Shown here piece by piece: positions 14,369-64,000 of a stretch of DNA of 64,000 nucleotides. The notes under the pieces were generated by a model. It did no database searches. It was given only the letters and a program-made list of their open reading frames with translations, and was not told where the DNA came from. The position numbers were made by a program, and so were the translations under genes. This DNA is from Chrysomallon squamiferum. Lineage: Eukaryota; Animalia; Mollusca. The number at the start of each line of letters is the position of its first letter. Within the stretch, counting starts at the first letter, position 1. The DNA lies in NCBI GenBank assembly GCA_012295275.1, contig CM022671.1, positions 18,972,001 through 19,036,000 on the forward strand, given 5' to 3'.

Positions 14369-14749
14369 TACCCGACATATACAACCACTTGAATTAACAC
14401 GCTATATGCACACAAAATACATCAATCAACAGATACGTGAGACAAAGCAGAGCGAGTCTATTGCGAAGAACTATGTCGAAGTGTGAGAATACTGTTTCTC
14501 TATAAAGCCTTCAACTCCATCACATCTAACACACATTAGAACAATGAGAATCAAATTCATTCCGAATCCACTTCTAAATACTCGACAGACTAAGCATGAA
14601 TATACATTCCTAGACGCCTAACTAATTTAGTATTAACTCACAGTTTTATGAATTAAGTACTAATTTCACCAGCACCAAAATTTAAAATAATAATAATAAA
14701 ATATATAAATAAATTATTATATGCTCGAAAATGAACAAATAACCACAAA

Positions 14750-16362
14750 TCCCGTCTATCCCTGTCGTCCATCTATCCCCAAGACCTACCACAACCTGGT
14801 AGCCCGCCAGTGTTAAATTCAGTTACAGTAACATGGTCTGTACTGCTCGTAGTAATCAGGCAGAGATAAAGTGGCTCTATCTGTGCGGTTAATTGACAAC
14901 GGCGGTGTGTTCTCAGTCTAGTTCACTTTACTCGAAGAACAGTTATAACAAGTTTGATCCGTGATCTCGCTTTGCTTATGCTGTACACCACAATCATTTC
15001 TCTTTCTCTCTATCTCTCACTAACAGGCTTTTCTCTCTTCCTCTCTTTTAAATGTGAATCCGACCCGCGAGTGTTTAAATGAAAAGTCGTAGCCGACTCT
15101 AATGAGGTGGGAAAAAGAACAATATTTATCTATAGAAAAAAGTCAACAAGTTTTAGCTGTCTAATTACGCTTGCCCAAACAGTGGCTTCACCAATGACCC
15201 TACGACCACCATTGTCAACAGAAGAAGAACAATAAAAACGCGAGGATTCACAAGGAGAGACTTGATGCGTTTAGTTCTTGTTTTACAATGCGAAGTACGA
15301 GTGGCACACAGGTAAAAGGGACACACGTGCTTTGAGTTGCCGGCCATAGCTTCACAGATCTCATTTCTATTGTGCCGCTACGTGACTACAAACTGAAATT
15401 TTTCGGCTGAGAAGAACATAAAGATATTAATCTTTATTAGTTGAGATCTTTGCGGCAGACATTCCTCATTGCGACGATTCACTGGGGCTTTTAGGCCCTT
15501 TTCTACTCGAAGAAAGGATCTTTATTCTAAGCGAAAAATCGTGAAAGATATAAAAGGGCTGCTCGGTCGGACCGAATAAATGAAGAAAAAAATTGTTGTC
15601 TGATCAGAGTACGTTCTCGTCGTTCGTCAGAGGAATGGTATTGATAGAGAATTCTGCACAATTTACTTCTTTCTTAGCCGGATTCTTTAAAATCGAGGCT
15701 ATTACAACAAGAGGATATTAAATCCACACGGTGTCAATTTTTATAGCACAGTTGTAAAGTTTTACTTCCTCTCTCTGCTCACCCAGAGGTTCCCCGGGGT
15801 GACTTTCACTTGTTCACTGTGGTTTCGATCGTTCACTGGTTTTATCGCTCGCTCGAGTATCATTGTTAACTTTCTGACTTTCCGATCATATCTACCACTA
15901 CTTAGCGAAACACGAAGCGCTGGAGTTTAATACCACTAGACACACATAGTTTATGTGTGTGCGCTTGTATATATGTATGTCTGTGTGTGTGCAGGTGCAT
16001 AGATAAAGTAGTGCCATTTCAACTTTGGAAGCCGCGATGGCAGTCTGTCGGCTGCTGCAATTTGGAGCAGACGACATCGAAATGGAAGAGCGCGGTTGAT
16101 AGTGGGAGGATTAACGTCCATTTTTAGCGGTGACAGAGTGTGGATCCACTGAATCATATCCTCGCTACGATACGCGACGTAGAATGCAACTCCACCAGTT
16201 CGCAACGGATTTACCTTTCGTGTTGGCACCACTGGTGTTCTCCTCTCACCTTGATCCACCGCACCTTCAGTGGACATATACGTCTCCCCACTTCCTGGAT
16301 GACCACTGTCCAGTGTCCTTGTTGTGGTAATACGCTGCTGGACAGTATTTTGTCCACTAGTC
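14750..16362 (+). promoter_or_regulatory. CpG-rich WIF1 promoter and 5' leader; TATA-like TATAAAAG at 15549-15556
   Basis: Longest GC/CpG-enriched stretch in the window, directly upstream of the start codon. The TSS cannot be determined from sequence alone. Confidence 0.5.
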
Positions 16363-59697
<43,335 letters not shown>

Positions 59698-60496
59698 AGA
59701 TCAGATAAAAACAAAACGAAAAACCGCGACGGTTTTCATACGTTAAACATTCTGCGATCAAAATAACCTGAATTTTTTCCTCTTTTTTTTTTTTTTCCGT
59801 AAATTCTTCTGTACAAAAGCCCTAAAAAGAATTGAAATCGAAACCAAAGAAGCAACATTTTCTGACATATACAGCATTTAAGAGACCATTGAAGAGGTAT
59901 GCAGATTTCAAATGGTTGTTTGTTAAGGATATTTAAGTAAATAATTATTCCTCGATGGAATATTTGGTTTTTTGGAAACGATATATGGATGACAATTCAC
60001 AGCCTCGTGTTCATAAACCAGAATTTGACTTGATGTTCGGTGTTAAACAATTTGAGTGTATGCATTTATAAAATAACAACTTTTAAAAAAAAAACTTGTG
60101 TAGAAAAAAAAAATAGATTTTTAACAGATCCTTTTTGTATCATAGGGATTAACCACTGTCGACTGTGGGAGCCAAAATTGTGCTTGCTGTCCAGCGATTA
60201 CTTAGATTCAAATTAAATCTTAAAATTCACTACATTTGTTTATAGTTTTAAAGTTTACTTTCACAGTTCAATTTATTTTCATAGTTGCTGCCAGTAAAAT
60301 TTAAATCACACAATTACAATTACACTAAAACTCTTTTCAGTTTAATCCATATTAATGTTATAGTTAAAGCATTAGAGCATTAAACGTTGATGAAAATTAG
60401 TCACAAAGTAAAAGCACATCCTATGTGTTATAAACTGTGCCACAGTATTTCACACCAGGATTTGATTTCTGTGCACGTATAAACAACGTCAATACC

Positions 60497-60502
60497 AATA
60501 AA
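60497..60502 (+). terminator. Candidate polyadenylation signal AATAAA for WIF1
   Basis: First clear AATAAA I found after the stop codon, about 800 nt downstream. The hexamer is common in AT-rich DNA and others follow. Confidence 0.25.
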
Positions 60503-60686
60503 TTTTAGCTGCAATTAACATCATGCAATAATTTTGTTCTGTGATCAGTTTCTTAACTGTAAGGACTTAGGATATGTGCCTGATTTCAAAAGAAATTTAT
60601 ATTGATCGTAAACACAAAGCGATGGACTCTTCATTTTGCTGTGAGAAAATGTAAATTACTCCACTAAGACTGTCTAAAAGGACCAA

Positions 60687-60721
<35 letters not shown>

Positions 60722-61286
60722 TGTGTAACGGCCACGTGGACAAACAGTGCAAAAACACTGAGTGGTCTGTTACTTCTTTACGATTATAAATTATATCAAT
60801 TATTGTACAGATGTGCAATACACGACATAAAATACCTCAGCATCCGTACGATAGTTGATATTGTACAGCTTTCTTTTAATTTATGTAACATATCAAAACG
60901 GTAAACATAGTAATATTGTATATAGATATTAATATGTAGTGTTTTGTGTTTATTTATGTTACAAATATTTTAAATTTTTTCTTTCTGTCTTTGTACGTGA
61001 TATATTCGCTCGTTTGGGTACGGATTTGTTGCTCAGGTAGATATATATTATGACTCAAAAAAAAAAAAAAAAAAATATTCGTCTTGAAAGCTGAATCAGA
61101 TAACTTAATGGGAATGTTTATCATTTAGTGAAATGTTATTCAGATAGGATCTATATCTTTCAGTAAAATTCTGTCATTTAACTTGTTACTTAAGGGGATT
61201 TTTTTAAAATTTATTTACGTATTTTTTAAATAATAATAAAAAAAAAAAAAATTTGACCAAACATTTTCGTCTTGAATCTTAAGAAA

Positions 61287-61326
<40 letters not shown>

Positions 61327-62376
61327 AAAAAAAGATTCTGTTATTACCATTTCTACACAAACATACAAGAAAGAGTAAAATTAAAGTTTATACGTTTAAA
61401 TTTTCTATGGTTAAATATGAAATATTTCATTATCTTCTTTTTATTTGTTCAAATTATTTATTTATTTATTATTATTATTTATTATCTTTAAACTATATTC
61501 TAAGTTGTTATTTTAGGTGAAATATTTTAACAAAATCAACAGAAAACAAAACCCTTTGGTAAATCATTTATATGTTTTATTTCAAAATAAAGAAAAATGA
61601 CAGAGCTAAATAATTCTGTAGTTTAAAAATTATATAAACAGACAATAGGAAGTGAGAATAATAATTCCACATGGATTGTTGTTATTATCATTGTATTTTT
61701 TAATATCTTATTTTATTATTGTTGGTTATTGCTATTATTATTATGTTACATTTTTTTTAATATTCAGTTTTATTCCATCTTTTCTTATTTTATTTCTATT
61801 GCAATATTAACTCAGGTCTAAATACAATATTTAATGATTTTGCTCCTTTTGTCTGTAATCTTGTGACTGGTCCTGATTACCTTCTTCAATCTTCCAGATA
61901 TGAGAGCCACTAAAGAGAATCACAAAACAAAATCTCTGTGATTTTGTAATATTTTATTCAAAAGTATAGCACATACTTATATTTGCAAAAATGAAATGAA
62001 GTGGTACTTTTTATACAGAAATGACTGATGAAAATAATTAATGATTCAGAGAATAAGTATGATTAATTTGTTTACTAAAGACATTTTTTTTTTTTCCTCC
62101 ATTGATTCCATTTTTTTAAACTTAATATATATACTCTGATATATTAGCTCAGTTAGGACATGGAATGCTCTGCATTTAATACTTTGTGCAGTAGTAAGAC
62201 ATAACTGCTGAGTTTTTTATCATACATAAAACTATTGGAGATAGTAACTTCAAATTCTGGATGATCTAAACTTTTAGAAACCTTCAAAATGTAGCTTTTG
62301 AGCTGTAAGGTGTCAAAATTTGACCCACCTGATGTATGTATGTATACATGTGTGTGTGTGTGTGTATGTATGTATA

Positions 62377-62407
<31 letters not shown>

Positions 62408-62537
62408 GTGTATGTATGTATGTACACAAACACACACATACACACAAACAACACTTGATCTAAACACGAACTGAAATCATAGTAGTAGTAGTACATTTTT
62501 CAATATTAATCATTTAACTTCCAAATATTTCAATTTT

Positions 62538-62790
62538 AACAGTTTAACTTGTAAAAGTTTCAAATGTAATTTTAAATTCTAAAAGTAGCTAAAATAACTA
62601 TTTAACATGTAAACATTTCAATATTAACTATTTAATTTGTAAACACGTCACTGTAAACAGTTTAACTTGTAAAAGTTTCAAATGTAATTTTAAATTCTAA
62701 AAGTAGCTAAAATAACTATTTAACATGTAAACATTTCGATATTAACTATTTAATTTGTAAACACGTCACTGTAAACAGTTTAACTTGTAA
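62538..62790. repeat. Tandem duplication of 118 bp (2.1 copies) built from ~30 bp subunits
   Basis: AACAGTTTAACTTGTAA starts at 62538, 62656 and 62774; I see one difference between the two full copies (TTTCAAT vs TTTCGAT). Confidence 0.93.
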
Positions 62791-64000
62791 TAGTGATAAA
62801 CAGTGATAATGAAGAACTTCAAGCTGTTATTAAACATGTTCCTGTCATGAAAACAGAACTCAGGTAAGGTGAGAGTTTATACCCATGAAATTCTTGCTTA
62901 AACTAGCCACACCCACCTTATGCTCCTACTGTTGTAAGCACACCTATTTTGTCTGATGTATTAGCACTGATGATGTTGATAAGGTTTACAAAAATATGGA
63001 GAGTCTGACCTAAATATTATTAAATTAATGTTCAGGAAGTTAGCAAAGGACAAATATATATTTTTTTCTTCTTCGTCTTCTTCTTCTTTTTCTTTGAGAA
63101 TGAAAAAAAAAAGAGATGGCATTATTTCAACATTTATGATTCTGCCTAAAACTTAAAACCTCTTTCAGTTAATTAGTGTTCACAGATGTCATTAAAAATA
63201 ATTGCATAGTAAATTATTGTTTTAAATTCATTTTACTATACTGCATAATAGATGTTTAATAATATACATTAACTGCTTATTTAATTTTGGAAATTTAATT
63301 TTGTTCTTTTTTTTTTTTAGGATGGGGGAGTTTGTTTGTTTGTTTATTATGATAATAATGTTTTATTTTTAATTTCTAATTTTTTAATTGTTTAATTTTT
63401 TTTTTTAATTTTATCTCATTTTTGATTATTAATACTTCTTTCTTATTTTATACTTTTTAATTTTTTTATTTTATTTCAATTTATTGTTATTATTTTTTAA
63501 TTATTTAATTGGTGTTTTGGGGGGGTAAATTAATTTACATGTATTTATTTTTATTTTTATAAATATTTGGTTCTGTATTTAAATATGTGAGTTTTGAGAT
63601 CATCTAATCAATTAAATTGGAATTATCAGGAAGTGAAAGAAAGTGGAAATTATTCGTGTTGTTTTTATGATCATTTGGAAAAGGATAAATTATGTGTGTT
63701 GATACTTTTATCCTTTGTCTTATGGTTGTGAAGCTGTCATGGATTAGGAGGTGGATTTCTATGATGTTTAGAATATGTATAGATGAACAGATGTAAATAA
63801 TCATAAAAGTTTATTTAGAATAAAATGACAATATTGTTTCTGATGTCCAAAACAAATAAAGCAATATTGTGATGGCAAAAAATTGTTTTAGTTTTAATTT
63901 TCTTTTCTTGTTGTGTGTTTTGTTGTTGTTGTTGTTGTTTTATCTGTATGTGGCCTAAAGGTTTGAATTTATGTTCTTAATTTTAGATATGCTAAGACAA

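Noticed and set aside
62153-62330. Minus-strand open frame GGSNFDTLQLKSY...AEHSMS
   Set aside because: No recognisable homology, and the putative acceptor lies within a CATA/CA repeat.
62804-62869. Plus-strand exon-like segment DNEELQAVIKHVPVMKTELR ending in CAG|GTAAGG
   Set aside because: Good donor but no pyrimidine-rich acceptor, no partner exons and no recognisable homology.

Overview
This is AT-rich, microsatellite-rich, intron-containing animal DNA, probably from a lophotrochozoan such as a mollusc (inference from repeat style and gene content). It is not prokaryotic, and most of the supplied ORFs are spurious. Two divergently oriented spliced genes can be read by hand. (1) Minus strand: the 5' part of an NRF1/erect-wing/P3A2 transcription factor gene, with coding exons at 2630-2429, 2111-1997 and 1624-1489. 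The third exon probably ends in a GC donor, and the remaining exons lie left of the window. Its CpG-rich promoter region (about 3.45-4.2 kb) contains three near-consensus NRF1 sites. (2) Plus strand: a complete 10-exon WIF1/shifted-like gene (CDS 16363-59697, 1323 nt, 440 aa). It encodes a signal peptide, a WIF domain, only four EGF repeats, and an unusual 141-aa tail that is about 41% Lys/Arg. The tail has furin-like sites, NLS-like clusters and a four-fold ~20-aa helical repeat. Other observations: upstream ORFs and alternative in-frame starts at the WIF gene, a CpG-poor/CpG-rich/CpG-poor mosaic, a CGTCTGC motif seen at least 14 times, degenerate minisatellites, decayed SINE-like fragments and many microsatellites. 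All calls come from manual reading and recalled family sequences; no database search was run.
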